Of a DNA stretch of 64,000 bases, positions 42,779 through 57,225 are shown in pieces. Position 1 is the stretch's first letter. Every line of letters begins with the position of its first letter. Made by a program: the position numbers and the translations under genes. Below the pieces are notes generated by a model that saw only the letters and a program-made list of their open reading frames with translations, did not search any database and had not been told where the DNA came from. The stretch is from Chrysomallon squamiferum (Eukaryota > Animalia > Mollusca), in the NCBI GenBank assembly GCA_012295275.1, contig CM022673.1:12462001-12526000 (forward strand), written 5' to 3'.

Positions 42779-43757
42779 TATTTTGCCTGAATAATAACTG
42801 AAATACAAAAATAAACCTGTAAACCTGCAGATCAGAGTTTAAAAAGTCTTAAATTATGTTAACTGTTTTTTTGCATTTTCCTTATACCTTATACCTTAAT
42901 AATAAATAAGCAAGATACACGCAAAAAAACACACATCATTAATAATTCTATCTCTTATTATAAATTTTACTCTCTACCTTGTTTTTCCCAGTCAGGATGA
43001 CTAAATGCAGATTCTGGCAATAAGATTAAATCTCCATGTTTTTCCCAGTGAGTTGGGATGGTAGAAATAAGTTCTGAATTTAACTGTAAGTTGTGATCTT
43101 GGGCAAAACTCCGAACAGCTTCTGTTAGTTTTTCTGCTGGAGTTTTTAACAGCTGCTTCTTTGATGCAGGGAGATCAGCAGAGATGATATAGTGTGACTG
43201 AGGCGAAATCCCAGCTTTTTTCCAGTCTATGTTTTCAGTTAAGACAGGAATAGCCACCTTGCCACTCTTAATTGTCTTTAATTTTCGTGTTGGATCCCAG
43301 TTTCCTGATTTCTCTAACAGTTGTCTTAATTAATAAATAAATAAATGTAATTTGTTGAATAAAATATATTTGAGCTTAAAATACCAAATACTGTGTTATG
43401 TTTATCGCGAAAACAAATGATGAAGAAAAAGAAATGCACACTGAACATCAACATGTCTATTGTTTTATAAATTGTAATATACATTCCTCAGTAGTCAGAC
43501 TCAGTGCTACTTTAATTCATTTTATGACTTTAAATCTTTAGCAGTTTAAAATGTCTGAAACCTTTGAATTATATCATTTTTTCTTTGAAACAACAGTGAA
43601 AACAATAAATGAATAATAATAAAATAAATAAATAAATGTCTTTATTTTGTAACCGAATATTTTCATTTCAATAATTTTTTTTAAATTTTATATATATAAT
43701 TGTATGTTACCTTAAATGCTGGGCATCACATTTATCCACTACAAGGGCATAGTTCAT
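39501..43757 (-). CDS. TRMT12: tRNA wybutosine-synthesizing protein 2 (TYW2/TRMT12), about 580 aa
   Basis: Minus-strand exons 43757-43711, 43324-42978, 42403-42253, 41740-41631, 40980-40823, 40429-39501. Motifs: WEKHGDLILLP, YDITKCMFSAGNISEKLR, VVDLYAGIGYFTLPYLVHAGA..HACEWNP, ADRVNLGLIPSSE, HVKSYAPHVDHIVLDLRC. The model needs a GC donor at 40822 and correction of a 1-nt deletion at 39793-39798. Confidence 0.93.
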
Positions 43758-43991
43758 TTTAAATTTTGTCTTTAATCCGTATAAACTATAATTCACGTCA
43801 AATACGTTATTAACATGGTCGCAGACATATTGGAAACGTGAAAGGTTGGATCAAGAAAACAAACGAAAAAGGATATAATTAAATTTTGTAAACCATCTGT
43901 TGAAGTGTACTTAATTTCATCTATTATGAAATCCTGCCTTTTTCAGTTTACTTATTTATTTATTATCATTACTTTTTATTTTTATTTATTA

Positions 43992-44045
<54 letters not shown>

Positions 44046-45125
44046 TTTGTGTTTTTAGTGTGTGTGCGTTTGCGTGTACATGTGCATGTGTGTGTCCTCA
44101 GATATCAACATTTTCACACCAGAAGCTAAACATAATACTGATCACGGTTATAATTCTAACAAGAAGTGTTTTAAAGTTGATTTCAAAATAACATTGATCA
44201 AGATCATATTTCATCCCTATTTCACAAGCTTTCTATTCCACTACAGTTAACATCATTTTTCACAAATAGCATTAGCTTGTGCTTTTATTATATTTTATTA
44301 TTTTAACTTTTATTTGATTTGTTTTATATTATATGATTTGATATCATATGATATATGAAGAGATTACATTACATTACATTACATTACATTACATTATAAT
44401 TACAGTATTTTATTTCATTTATTTTTTATATTACTTTGTTATATTGTTTTTCATTTATTTATTTTTTATTACAGAAGATGACTAACAACACAAACTGCCT
44501 GCAGTTTATCTGCTTGAGAAAAGCTCAAAAGCAACTTATGGTTATTGGCACTGTTCAGAATTTTTATTTATTTATTTTTGAACATGACAAAATAAAAACT
44601 GCTTTTTATCTGTACGGGTACATAGTTTAAATGATAGGAAAATGTTTGATCCTTGTGAGAAAGGAGGATCCAGTATCTTTCATTTTTTTATTTATATTAA
44701 ACACTATTAAATGTCGTATTATAGCTAATTATTTATTTTATGAAATTGGAGAAAACAAAACCCAACAATTTTAGTTGCATCTACTTTGTTAGAATATAGA
44801 AAGTATTTTCTCTCTAGATTTTATTTTAAAAAAAACAAAAAAAATTTATAATAAAAAACAAAACAAACATTTGTCAAGTGAAGATCTCTTCATAGAGATG
44901 ATTCTTGTAATTTGTAAACAAAAAACAATGTAAATATCTATGTCAATATAAAAACATGAACACTATTGTAATGTATATATGTTCGTTTTAATTAAAACTG
45001 TTCATTATTTTATTTGTTTTAAGAATCAAAAACAATAAAAAAAAAATTCCTTTACAAAAACCATTAAATGTTATAAAATTTGTCATCTTCTTATTTATTG
45101 TATGTGATCATATAATTATATATAT

Positions 45126-45162
<37 letters not shown>

Positions 45163-45390
45163 CACACACTCACATACTCATGTATATATACACATATACA
45201 ATACATATACATCAAACACTTGACAGAGATATTAAAATATTATAGCACTAATAATCATTGTTCCATGCATCTTCATAATTTTAATGGATGATCCTATATT
45301 TGCAAAGCTGCATGCAGTCACAGAACATTAAATAATAAATCACTGTTACTATTTTTGTGTTGTTGAGAAAAGAGACGCTAATTAAAAATG

Positions 45391-48243
45391 TCACATTTTC
45401 AGTTCCTGTATGTCCGGGCGTTTGTGTGTTCCATCACAAAATGGACGCTTTGATGACTGTTTGCAGTTACACATCCAGTATTCCTTAGTTTCCTCCACCT
45501 GAAAGCGGACAGGTCCGTATTTCGGACCCGTTTTTTTTTCAGATGTACCCCATAATGCTTTGTGTGATCCATCACACATTGGCTGAAAGAAAAAAAAAGA
45601 ATTTATCATCATCATCATCATTATTATTATTATTATTATTCATTTATTGATTGAATGACTGACTTACTGATTTTATATATATTTTATTTATTTATATGTT
45701 TTTTATTTGTTTGTTTATGTGTTATTTCATCAAACTGTAGTGTCACCATTAGATATTATCACAAAAACGCACACACCTACATAAACAAAATAATTAAATA
45801 TGACTGTGTGTATGTATGAATGATGTATGTATTTATGTATGTATGTATGTATATTACCTTGAATGTTAAGAACAGATAAAAGATAAAAAAAACATTTGAA
45901 CTGATTGTCCTGTCTTAGAGAAACATGAAGATGATAATCACATTTTTGCAAGTGATTTTGAAGTCAGAATTAAATATAAGTCAGATAGATATATTTTGTT
46001 CCATTCTTCAATACGTTTGTAGAGATATATGTATAGATGTATTTATGCTTGTATGTATGTGTGTGTGTATGTGTATTTATGTATGTATGTATGTATGATT
46101 GTATGTATGTATGTATGTATGTATGTATGTATGTATGTATGTATGATTGTATGTATGATTGTATGTATGTATGTATGTATGTATGTATGTATGTATATTT
46201 GCATGTATGTATTACGATGTTTTTTTTTATTACAAGTTGTACTATAATCTTCTAACAAATCTCATTTTCTTTCTTTCTGTTTCTTTGTTAAGCCCTTTTA
46301 CTAACATTCATTTACTACGCCCACAAAATAACCTGTTATATTGTTATTTTTTAAATATGAAAAATAATTACTTGGGTGTGGCTGTGACCACAAGCACACC
46401 ACGAATATCTTTTTCCAGCAGTCAGCTCCATGCGAAAAGGTTTCTTGTCATAACTTTTTCCCTTTGGAGGTCCATCTAATGAATATTCATCAGGAAACCG
46501 TGGCTCTTCGACATGTTTTTTTACTCTCTTCTGCTCATCAACAAAGTCATCAGGCTTTAGAAATCGACACTGTAAAAGGAAGATACTGATTATAAATTAA
46601 CATAATGAAAACTTTACATATTTTGATAATAAACCTAATTAAAATTAATTGTGATTTACATATTCTATTTTTGTTTTTGAGATTGTGTTGCTGCAGGGTT
46701 TTTTTTTGGGGGGGGATTGGGTTGTTGTTTATTTATTTTTATTTTTCAATTAAACATAAACATCAAATTCATTAAAATAATAGGCTGGAAAAAATTGGTA
46801 ATATATTCATCTAAAAATTGTCATTTACATTTAACAATAAAATATGTTACTTCGTTAACAATAAAAATTCAGTGTATGCTAATACTAGGAATAATAACAC
46901 TGTGCTGAATTAGGTAATTTTGTGTTACAAAATGTGAATGAATAAATGGAAAAATATATCAGCATAAATATGGGCAAGGGTAATGATTCTGTTTTAATTT
47001 ATTTTATTAAATAAACTTTAAAATGAGATATTGAACCCCAGCTCATATATATGTGTAAAGCAAATCAGTGACCAACAAATCAACAAATAAAAATAACACA
47101 ACCCTGTGTAACAATCGTATGGACATCAGAACTGACTTTGCTGATAAAAATAATAAATCACAGAAATTATTCATTCAGCATTCCCTAATGGTAATAATAC
47201 AGGTACCAATCTATTTATCTAATTTCCAGAAATCCAGATAATTGGCCATTTTTTTAAAACTGATTTACTTTTAAATGTCACCAGTTTAAGTGACACTTGC
47301 TGTGTAGAGGTCATCCTCTCAAAGTAAGTCATTACTATACACCTGTACAGTTGTAGAGAGTGACTGTTAAATAAAATACTGTTCTTTTTACTTTCTTTTC
47401 TTTTTTACAGTTCTCATCCACTATATCGTACACAGTACTCTAAGAAATTTAAGTGGATTAAAAACTGTATTAATTTGTACCTGTATCTTTTAAATAAAAT
47501 AATATTCTTTACCTTTTTTTTGTTTAATTTTCAACCTATTTATTATACAAGGTGTGGTAATATACACAGAAATTTAATAATTTTAGTTGATTAATAAAGG
47601 ACAAACAAACCCTGCTTTAAGAGCATATTAATTTGTATCTGTTAAATACAGTTTCTTTCTTTCTCTTTCATAGTTTATTTTATCCTTTATGTGTATATTT
47701 AGACTGTATCCAATATCTTGTAAATCCAGCTATCCAAACCATCTCTGGTCTTAAGCTTGCCAGATAAATAGTTCAGTATGTGTACCAATAATTTATAAAA
47801 TATCATTTATAATATATTTTATAATATCAAATATGCTATTTTTAGAAATTATTTTATTTACTTATTTATGTAATATATAGTAAGAATAACATTTTTTTTT
47901 TTTTTTTTTTTTTTTTATAAACGTGGGAGGTGAAACCGAGAATACTGTTTCGCATTTTAAAAATTAGAAGTACCACGCTCCTGTGACAAGTTTTAGATGC
48001 TGATCAATTGTCAATTTAGACAGATTTTGTGGTTAGATTGGAGGTCAAGCTGAGTCTGCTGAAATCGTCTTCAGAAAATAAGAAGTCTGAATAATGTTCG
48101 AAACACACAGATTATCGTAATCGACTAATATATTCATATAGTTTTCTTTATTTGATCATAGTAAATACCTGTATTAAAATTAATGAATTTGTTTTTCGTT
48201 GTAAATGTCTCAGACAATAATTCCACTTCATGGGCAGCGCCAT
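45391..48243 (-). CDS. CISD3: CDGSH iron-sulfur domain protein 3 (MiNT-like, two CDGSH motifs), about 154 aa
   Basis: Exons 48243-48169 (MALPMKWNYCLRHLQRK..., basic, transit-peptide-like, less certain), 46569-46372 and 45582-45391. Motifs WCACGHSHTQ|PMCDGSH and WMCNCKQSSKRPFCDGTH. Confidence 0.9.
47200..47483. mobile_element. Putative MITE (TA-CAGGTAC...GTACCTG-TA) in CISD3 intron 1
   Basis: Short inverted ends flanked by TA on both sides. The internal ccagaaatccagataattggcc resembles the MITE family at 61816-62118. Confidence 0.45.
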
Positions 48244-48563
48244 TTTGCAGACTCGGAGAAAATTAATAATCGTCTAAGGGCAGAAAAGTCGTTCATAATT
48301 CCAGGTATTTAATCAAGATTTTAGTATTATATTATATTTAGAAAGAGTAAAAATTTAATTACAAGTGATAATATTATTTTGTTTGAAAAGAAAGCGAGAA
48401 GAAATAAAATAACCAATGGAAAATAAGAACAGCTTTGGCTCGGATCAAGGCAGTTGTCATTGCCAATAGCAACAGCATCTATCGAAAAAGGAGACTGGAG
48501 ACATTAAATCGGAACACATTTGACATAAGCAAACAATTGTGTTGAAAGCGCACGACAACGAAA
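48244..48563. promoter_or_regulatory. Bidirectional promoter region between CISD3 and SPAG6, with RFX X-box-like and CCAAT elements
   Basis: The divergent ATGs are 320 bp apart. ATTGCCAATAGCAAC at 48459-48473 resembles GTNRCC-N0-3-RGYAAC. CCAAT at 48413-48417. A YY1-like CGCCATTTTG overlaps the CISD3 ATG. Confidence 0.6.
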
Positions 48564-51500
48564 ATGAGTCAGAGACAAGTATTACAAGGTAATATTGGTT
48601 TAGTGGAAATTATATTTTAATATCTTTCAAATTCAGCATAAGTTGATTGTTTTCACAGTAAATTCGATCATGTTCAGTTTTGTTGCTATGCGCACGTTAA
48701 ATTGAAAATTGAAATATAAAGTACAATTAGTATTAAACAGTGTTGTATCGTGTGTGAACTATTCTTTTAATAAAATTAATTATGCAGAAAGGTGGAAATA
48801 ATAAGTGAAATAGATTATATACAACTTTTATAAAAACAAATTTACTACAAAACAAACAACTTTCGGTAGCAGTTACTTCCAATCAAATTGCTTGAAAATA
48901 ATTAACAATTATGTTATCTCGACAATCCGTTTTACACATGTTTTATCATATTGGGTCAAATAAATTAAAATATATAATTAGTTTGGTGTTTATAAAAGTA
49001 ATTAAATTTTAAATTCAGTTCACTTAACCCAGATTTTAACGAGTAGGGTATACTTAATAAATAAATAAATAAATAAATAAATTTGTATTTATTTCATGGA
49101 ACATTCTGATACTATAACTATTTATTTATTGTATTATTTCATGTTTTAAAGCAAGTTGTAGTTTTGTTGTAGGATAACAAACCTGAATTAGCAAGATCTG
49201 TCCTGTTTCCCTTTTGGAATATTTCCAGTTTCAGCTATAGCCTTATTAATGATTATTAAAGATTCTGGTTCTCCTATGTGACCAAGCAGAAAATCATATA
49301 ATTCTTTTATTTAAATTGTTTGAATTTAGTTTTCTTTATTTTTTCCCCCATTGTTATTGTTACTGTTATTATCAACATCATTGTTAACATATTTTCATTA
49401 TTATTATTTACATCATCATCATACATGACACTGTTATCATCATCTTTATCATCATCATAATATAAAGATCTTGTTTGACATTTAACAGTTGTAATATTAA
49501 AAGATTTTACTGTAAGACCTTATTCATTCATTCATTCAGTTACTCATATCTCTATATATTTTACCTTTAGTTTTTGAACAGTACCAGAAAAGCAGGACTC
49601 AGTTTGTTCAGACAGTGGCTGAACTTGCCTCACGTCCACAAAACATCGAAACTCTGCAAAATGCTGGTGTCATGTCCTTGCTTCGACCTCTACTTCTCGA
49701 CATTGTCCCAACAATTCAACAGACAGCAGCATTAGCACTGGGAAGACTCGCCAACTACAACGACGACCTTGCCGAAGCTGTTGTCAAAGGAGATATACTG
49801 CCTCAGCTCGTGTATTCACTGGCCGAACAAAATGTTAGTCTTCGTGAATTGTTTTTCTTTCATCTATCAGAGCATTCAAATATTTAGCCATCTTTGGCAT
49901 CCAGTAGTATTTGACTTAATTATTATTATTATTTTCTTTTATTTAATTTTTGTCTTTGACTATGAGTTTGTTAGACTTCATTCATTTATATATATACATA
50001 TATTATTATTATTTTGTGAATGCTTAGATTTAAAGAGGATGTCTTTTTGTAACTCATTTCTTTTTAGACTGATACAGTTTTATTTTTATGTAACTGTAAC
50101 TATTAATTTTTTTAGTTTTTTTTTCCTTTTTATTATTAAAAAAAAAAAAAATAATAATAATAAATTTCCTAGATATTGTTTATTTTCATGTATATTGTTT
50201 TTGTTTTCTACATCTTCTGCAAGTCTAATTTTAATATTCCTCCTGTTTACTTTTCATTTTGTAAATGCACTGATTTTAGTGAACCTGTTTCTTTTTTTTT
50301 TTTTTTTTTTTTTTTTTTTATTTTGTCTTTAACTTATTATTCTTCTTGAAGTTTGTCCTTTTTTTTTGTTTTGACAACCTTATCTCTTTCCATTGTCTTG
50401 TAAAATAATATTTATTTACTTATATAAATATTATTTCTTCTTTTCAGAGATTTTACAAGAAAGCAGCTGCCTTTGTTCTCCGTGCTGTTGCCAAACATTC
50501 TCCCCAGCTGGCTCAGTCTGTGGTGGATTGTGGTGCTCTTGATGCATTGGTTATTTGCTTGGAAGAATTTGATCCTGGAGTGAAAGAATCGGCAGCATGG
50601 GCGTTAGGCTACATAGCTCGACATAATGCAGGTAAAAACCACATGCACTAAATGAGTCCTTTCTACTGTTTTTAGGAACAGTTTTTTTCTGTGACTGAAT
50701 CTGGTTTTCCAGCACGTTGTACCACAAACAGAGATATTATCTTCAAAAATTAACAAAAGGTGTACGTGTTTCTAATTAAACAGACCAGTATTGCTACTAC
50801 TATTACTACTACTACTACTGCTACTACTGCTGCTACTACTACTAATGTTTTTGCTACTACTATTTCTACTACTGCTGCTACTAAATCACTTCTACTACTG
50901 TTGCTGTAACCACTACTACTACAATTTCTACTACATTAATACAAGTCATTACTGTAATCATGTAATGGTTGTGTTTTCAGTCTCATTCTTTTTATTATAT
51001 CATCATCATTTTCATTATCATTTTATAACCAGTCATCAACAACATTATGATTTCCATCATTATCATTATTAATGTAATTCATCATGATTTTTATTAGATG
51101 TTATCCTTTTTATTAACATCTGCTGACATTTTACTTATTTATTTATTTTTTTCTTTATTTACACAGAACTTACATAAAATTATTATTTACTTATTTATTT
51201 ATCTATTTTAAAAAATTTTTACTAATTTATTTCTTTATCAGAATTTGTTTATTATTTACTTATTTATTTATTTATTTAAAAAAAATTACTTACCATTTAC
51301 TTACTTATTCATTTATTTATTTATTTACTTACCTTCTTATTTAAATTTTCATATTTATTTATTTATATATGAGTTTATTTATTAATTTATTTATTTACTT
51401 ATTTACTTACACAGAACTTGCCCAGGCTGTTGTGGATGCTGGTGCAGTGCCACTGTTGGTTCTTTGTATCCAGGAGCCTGAACTGTCCTTGAAAAGAATT

Positions 51501-52142
51501 TCAGCTTCAGCTCTGAGTGATATCTGCAAACACTCGCCCGAACTCGCCCAGACTGTCGTGGATGCCGGAGCCATTGCTCACCTGGCCCAGATGATACTTA
51601 ACCCAGATGCCAAACTTAAGGTACAGAGTTTTAAAGTTTGTGCGTGTGTGTGTGTGTGTGTGGGTCTGTTTTTTATTGTGGGTAAGTCTCTGTGAGAGTG
51701 TATCCTAGAGAGAATGTGTGTGAGAATGTGTATGAGTGTGTAATCAAACATAAGTATGAAATTACACATAATATCAATAGAGATAATTATTATTCTGCTT
51801 GTTGTTCTTGGTGTATTATTTATATTATATTATTATGTAAAGAAAACTCAGAAAAATTGCTTCTTATGCATAGCACAGAAATAGCTACTTACACTGGCAT
51901 TTTTTAAATTTATACCTTAAATTTTGGTTTTCTTAAATACTGTTATACTGGCTTTTTATTTTATGATTATTACATTCTTTTGATTTTTTATCTTGGTTTT
52001 CCTAATACTGTTATATTAAGATATAAGAATTAAATATAAATATTTTTTTAATTTATTTACTTCTGAACAAGAATTAAATATTTCTTTTGTTAGTTTTTTT
52101 TAATTTATTTATTTACTTGTTTATTTGTTTATTTATTTACTT

Positions 52143-52178
<36 letters not shown>

Positions 52179-55100
52179 TTTTTTTTAATCAAAACGTTTT
52201 AAGATTTATAAAAGTATGATATTTTGGTTTCAGAGACAAGTGTTTTCAGCTCTCAGTCAGATAGCAAAGCACTCTGTTGATCTTGCAGAAATGGTTGTAG
52301 AGGCTGAGATCTTCCCTGCCGTTCTCACCTGTCTGAAAGATCCTGATGAATATGTCAAAAAAAATGTAGCAACTTTGATCAGAGAAATAGCAAAACACAC
52401 TCCAGAGGTAAATTTAAAAAACAATCTTCACACCTTGACAGATATATTATAAATGTGTTTGAAGACTCTTTCATATATGACAACCAAAATGCTTTTATTT
52501 ATTTTACAGTTCCTAAAAATAGCTACATTTGTTATTATAAATACCTATAATTGCTATATATTTATGAGTGAGAGCTAAAATGATATATACCTATTTTTAC
52601 AGTAGATAACAGTAGGTGTATAATTGTTATATATTTACAAAAATACTAAAATGACAAATAGCATAATATATACTAATTTTTACAGTTCATAATATAGCTG
52701 CAAGAAGTAATACCTGTTATATATTGTATGCTTAATTACGATATAAATTACCAAAAGATTTAATAGTGCTCTTCTGAATAATTTTATTTTTGTACAGTAA
52801 ATAATAAATCTCAGTTTTATTTTGCAGTTTCCTCTATATTAATTCTTATATTATAACTTTGTAAATCTGTACTACAGAACTTTATTAATTAATTTAACTG
52901 TGTTTTTGAAATTAAAGAAATTATAGAGATAGATAAATAAATAAACAGACAGACACACAGATACAGACATAATTATAGATATAGATATATTTCTTTTTCT
53001 GACAATAGAAGTAAATCTTGACTGGATTATTGTTTTTGTCATTTCAAAATGAATTTATTTATAATTACACAGTATATACATGTTCCTGTCTCTTTGAAGC
53101 TGCATTTGAAAGATTCTGTTACCATTTAAGTTTAGCAATTTAGATAAGATAAACAGTTTCATTTCACAGATTTCATCATTAGTAAAAATGTAAAGACTTC
53201 TTCTGTTAATATCATATTGCGTTGATGTGTGTCATCATTTGTTCTTTATTATGTTTTTCTTTTCATCACTACGACTTTCTGTCTCTTCCAGCTGGCACAG
53301 TTGATAGTGAATGCTGGTGGTGTAGCTGCAGTTGTTGACTATGTAGGAGAGTCTAAGGGCACAGTGAGGTTGCCTGGCATCATGATGCTAGGATACGTTG
53401 CTGCTCATTCAGAAAACCTTGCGATGGCGGTCATAGTTTCAAAGGTATTAATTATTTTTGTTCTTTTATTTTGTTTTATAGATGTCTGTGTGTGTGTTCC
53501 TTTAAATATAATTTTTATTACATTTTTTACTTTTTTATTTAATTTATTATCTCTGTTGTTTTCAAAATATATGATGCAAATTAATATACGTATTTGTTAG
53601 ATTATGTTACATTAAAAACTGTTTTATGCTTACATCATGGGAAAAAAAAACAGTCCTCATATGTAACTTTAAAAGATATATTTTGTTCATCTGTTATATT
53701 TTTCTTTTCATTTTTTTTAATTTTTTTTCATTTTTATTTCATCTCATTAAATTTATTTATTTATTTGTTATTTTTATTATTATTATTATTATTATTATTA
53801 GTTGTTGTTGTTGTTATTGTTATTGTTATTGTTATTGTTATTATTGTTATTGTTACTACAGGGAGTGGTTCAGCTGGCTATAGCTCTCTCAGAAGAACAT
53901 GAAGATCACATTCAGGCGGCAGCTGCCTGGGCTGGGGACAGATAGGTAGACACACCCCAGAACATTCTAAAGCAGTGGCCGTAGCCAACGTTTTACCCAA
54001 ACTACTCCAATGTTACCTGAGAGCCGATGTTTCTGAAGATTTACAGACGAAGGTATGTGTCAGAATACTGAACAGAAATAATAATAGTTTTTAAAGTAAT
54101 TATAAATGTTTAAAGAAGAGAAAAATAGAATAAATAAATAAATAAATAAAAGTTTTGTTTTACACACAGGTATGAACAAAGTATTGAAGAAAAGTGAAAA
54201 TATGTTTTTAAATTAATAATAAATCTTAAAAAGAAGTTTTTAAAATAAAAATAAAGTTGTAAAAATATAAATCTTGGTGATGTCACTATAATACATATTC
54301 GTATTAGAAATGTCAAAAATTGTCATGTATGATTAGTTAAGCTGGTTTTTATTGATTTATATGTTACTTATTCACTCACTTAACTGTTTATTTTTTTATC
54401 TATCTATCTGTCTGTATCATTTTTTTATTTGGTCATTCTTTCATTTATTTACTTAACCATTTATTCATCATCATCATCATCATCTCCTTTTATCATTGTC
54501 AAAAGAATACTACAATCAGTATTTCACCTTTCTGTCACTAGATACCAATCAAAAATCAATAATAACAAAATAAATAAAAATAAATAAAAATAAATATTCC
54601 CATATTCTCATGTTTTTATATTTATTTCAGAGCAAGAAAGCTTTGAAGAATATTCTACAGAAATGTGTACACCTCCCTGCCCTCGAGCCGCTGCTGCACG
54701 ATGCCCCGCCCAACATTCTCAAACACGTCGTGGGTCAGTTCAGTAAAGTGCTGCCCCACGACTCCAAGGCCAGGAGACTTTTTGTGACCAGTGGCGGTTT
54801 GAAGAAAATTCAGGAGATCAAAGCGGAAACTGGATCAGCGCTGTCAGAATACATTAACACCATCAACAACTGCTACCCAGAGGAAATTGTCAAGTAAGTG
54901 TCAGAGTACAGCTACTTCATTAGCTAGTCAACTCGCACCATCCACACTATGTTATTTTCCCTCGACAATCATTATTTGCTTTACTGTCTCTGTAAATATG
55001 AAAATTGTAATTGAATGTCCTTCACTGGCTATCTGAATATAAAATATTCCATGCTGCTAATATGTAAGAAAAACACCCAGAAAATTGCAGCTGTAAGTTT

Positions 55101-55741
55101 CCTGTCTTTTATATGACAAGAAAAAAATCATCCTTGATACCAAATAACAATCGGTTTAAAACATTTTAAGGTGCTATACAGTTAGATAAACATGCTTAAC
55201 TCCACAGATGTCATTTTTAAGAACATCTACTATCCACTGAAAATAGAAAATGTTAGACATAGGAATCCATGACAAAAACATTTTCAAATAACAGTTCTAA
55301 GGAAATATTAGCTTTACATGAAAATATTCATAGTTTTTATACAAGTTTAATCAGAAATTTGCATGGTAAATAAATAAATAAATAAATAAACAAACAAAAT
55401 AACAAAGTTTAAGTAAGTTTTAATATTTTCCATTTTTGATATATTTGTTTGCTTCTTATTATACCAATATAATTTTTATTTAATTAATTAAAAATTAATT
55501 AATTAACTTATATATTTATTTATCTATTTATTTATTTATTTATTTATTTTATTGTATCTTTACATGTCCTTTGCTCCATAAACAAAATGGTGTTTTATTT
55601 GCTATTTTTATCCGTACTGACATTTTAGTTATTTAAATATTTGTAAATGTTCATTTTTAACATTATATTTGTAGATACTATTCCCCTGGATATTCCGATG
55701 CTCTTTTGGAAAGGGTGGAACAGTACTCTCCACAACACTAG
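48564..55741 (+). CDS. SPAG6: Sperm-associated antigen 6 (PF16 homologue, armadillo-repeat axonemal central-pair protein), about 508 aa
   Basis: Exons 48564-48588, 49571-49833, 50448-50631, 51415-51620, 52234-52407, 53292-53444, 53862-54052, 54631-54893, 55675-55741. The protein runs MSQRQVLQVFEQYQKSRTQFVQTVAELASRPQNIETLQNAGVMSLLRPLLLD ... YPEEIVKYYSPGYSDALLERVEQY. Exon 7 has a 1-nt deletion near 53931-53937. Confidence 0.97.
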
Positions 55742-56281
55742 CAATGACAAGAGAAACTCTGCGATATGAGAAACCAAAAATAATGCTGATTGAAATGACA
55801 TTGTTATTTTTTAAATAATCCATATATAAAAATAATATTTAAGACATATCTCCTTTGAAGAATTTAATGAGTACTGATATATATATATATTTTAAGAGCA
55901 TGAATTTTGCAGAAAAATGAAATAAAAAAGTATTGATATGCTGTTTTCTAAAGTATGATCATTGAAATTTAATAGCTGTAAGTTCAGTATATTGAAGAAA
56001 ACTGTCTTGTTTTCATAGTGTCTGTTGCAAACTAAGATAATTTGGATTTTTGTATTTAGTTATCAAATTGATCTACCAAATTAAAGTCAGTGTATGAAAA
56101 TATATTTTTAAAAAGTCTTCTTTGTCTTCTTCATATATATACTGATGTTACTATTTTATTTTATTTTTTTTTATCAGAAATTGGACTCCTTTAAAAAAAT
56201 TTCAAATTAGTTTTTATTACTATTACTGTTAACAGTCATTTTTTTAAATCCTTCTTCTTCTTCTTATTATTATTATTATTA

Positions 56282-56319
<38 letters not shown>

Positions 56320-57160
56320 GCCCTTTTTAATAAAAATTTGAGGCAGTGCAAGGTTATGTATATATAAAAATTCATGCATGTATAAGAATTTTGTTGTGTA
56401 ATTTCTAAATATCATTTCATAAAATATAACTTGTTAGTTTTTACAACTAAGAATAAAATACAACACAAATGTAACTATAACTTTTCAGTAGCAGCAGAAG
56501 CCAAAATTTATCTTCATAAATGAAATAGTGTTTTGTTTTAATTTTTGATTAAAAACAAAATGTTTTCACAAAATGTTTTCTAGAGTGGTTCTGAATGGAA
56601 CAGCAGTCCAAAGTAATACCAGTAAATATCCATTTTTAATAAAAATAAAATTGATTTTTTTTCTTTTAGTTTTTACTATAAAAAAAATGGGGGCAATTGT
56701 TTTTATCTACCAGTGTAATACAAATTTTATTATAATAATATTTTTCAGATTGTAATTGCTATTTTAATTAAAACCTAATAATGTTTATTTAATTTTAATT
56801 ATCTATACTGCAGATGTCTGTTTTTAATGTTACAAATATATTACTGTTTTCTTGTGAATACAATTTTTCATTATGGCAAGAGTTTCTGTTCTTCTTTTAC
56901 AAATATTACATTTGTTATATTTTCAAATTATTTTCAAATTATCTGTTGCAAATTCTTTTGCTCATATTTATTTATTTATTTATTTTATTTATTACTAATT
57001 TTTTTATATTATTACTGGTGGTGGTGGTTGGGATTGTGGTGTTTACAAATTTTATATTGATTGTAATTATTTTTGAAAATATTTTCATAAATATTTCAGT
57101 ATTCTCAAAACATTTTGAAAGTGCATCGTCATAGTAGTAGTATCATCATTAGTTTTATTA

Positions 57161-57225
<65 letters not shown>

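Noticed and set aside
47343-47363. Possible 21-nt micro-exon in CISD3 intron 1 (minus strand)
   Set aside because: Has AG/GT ends and keeps frame, but lies in a putative MITE and has no homology support.
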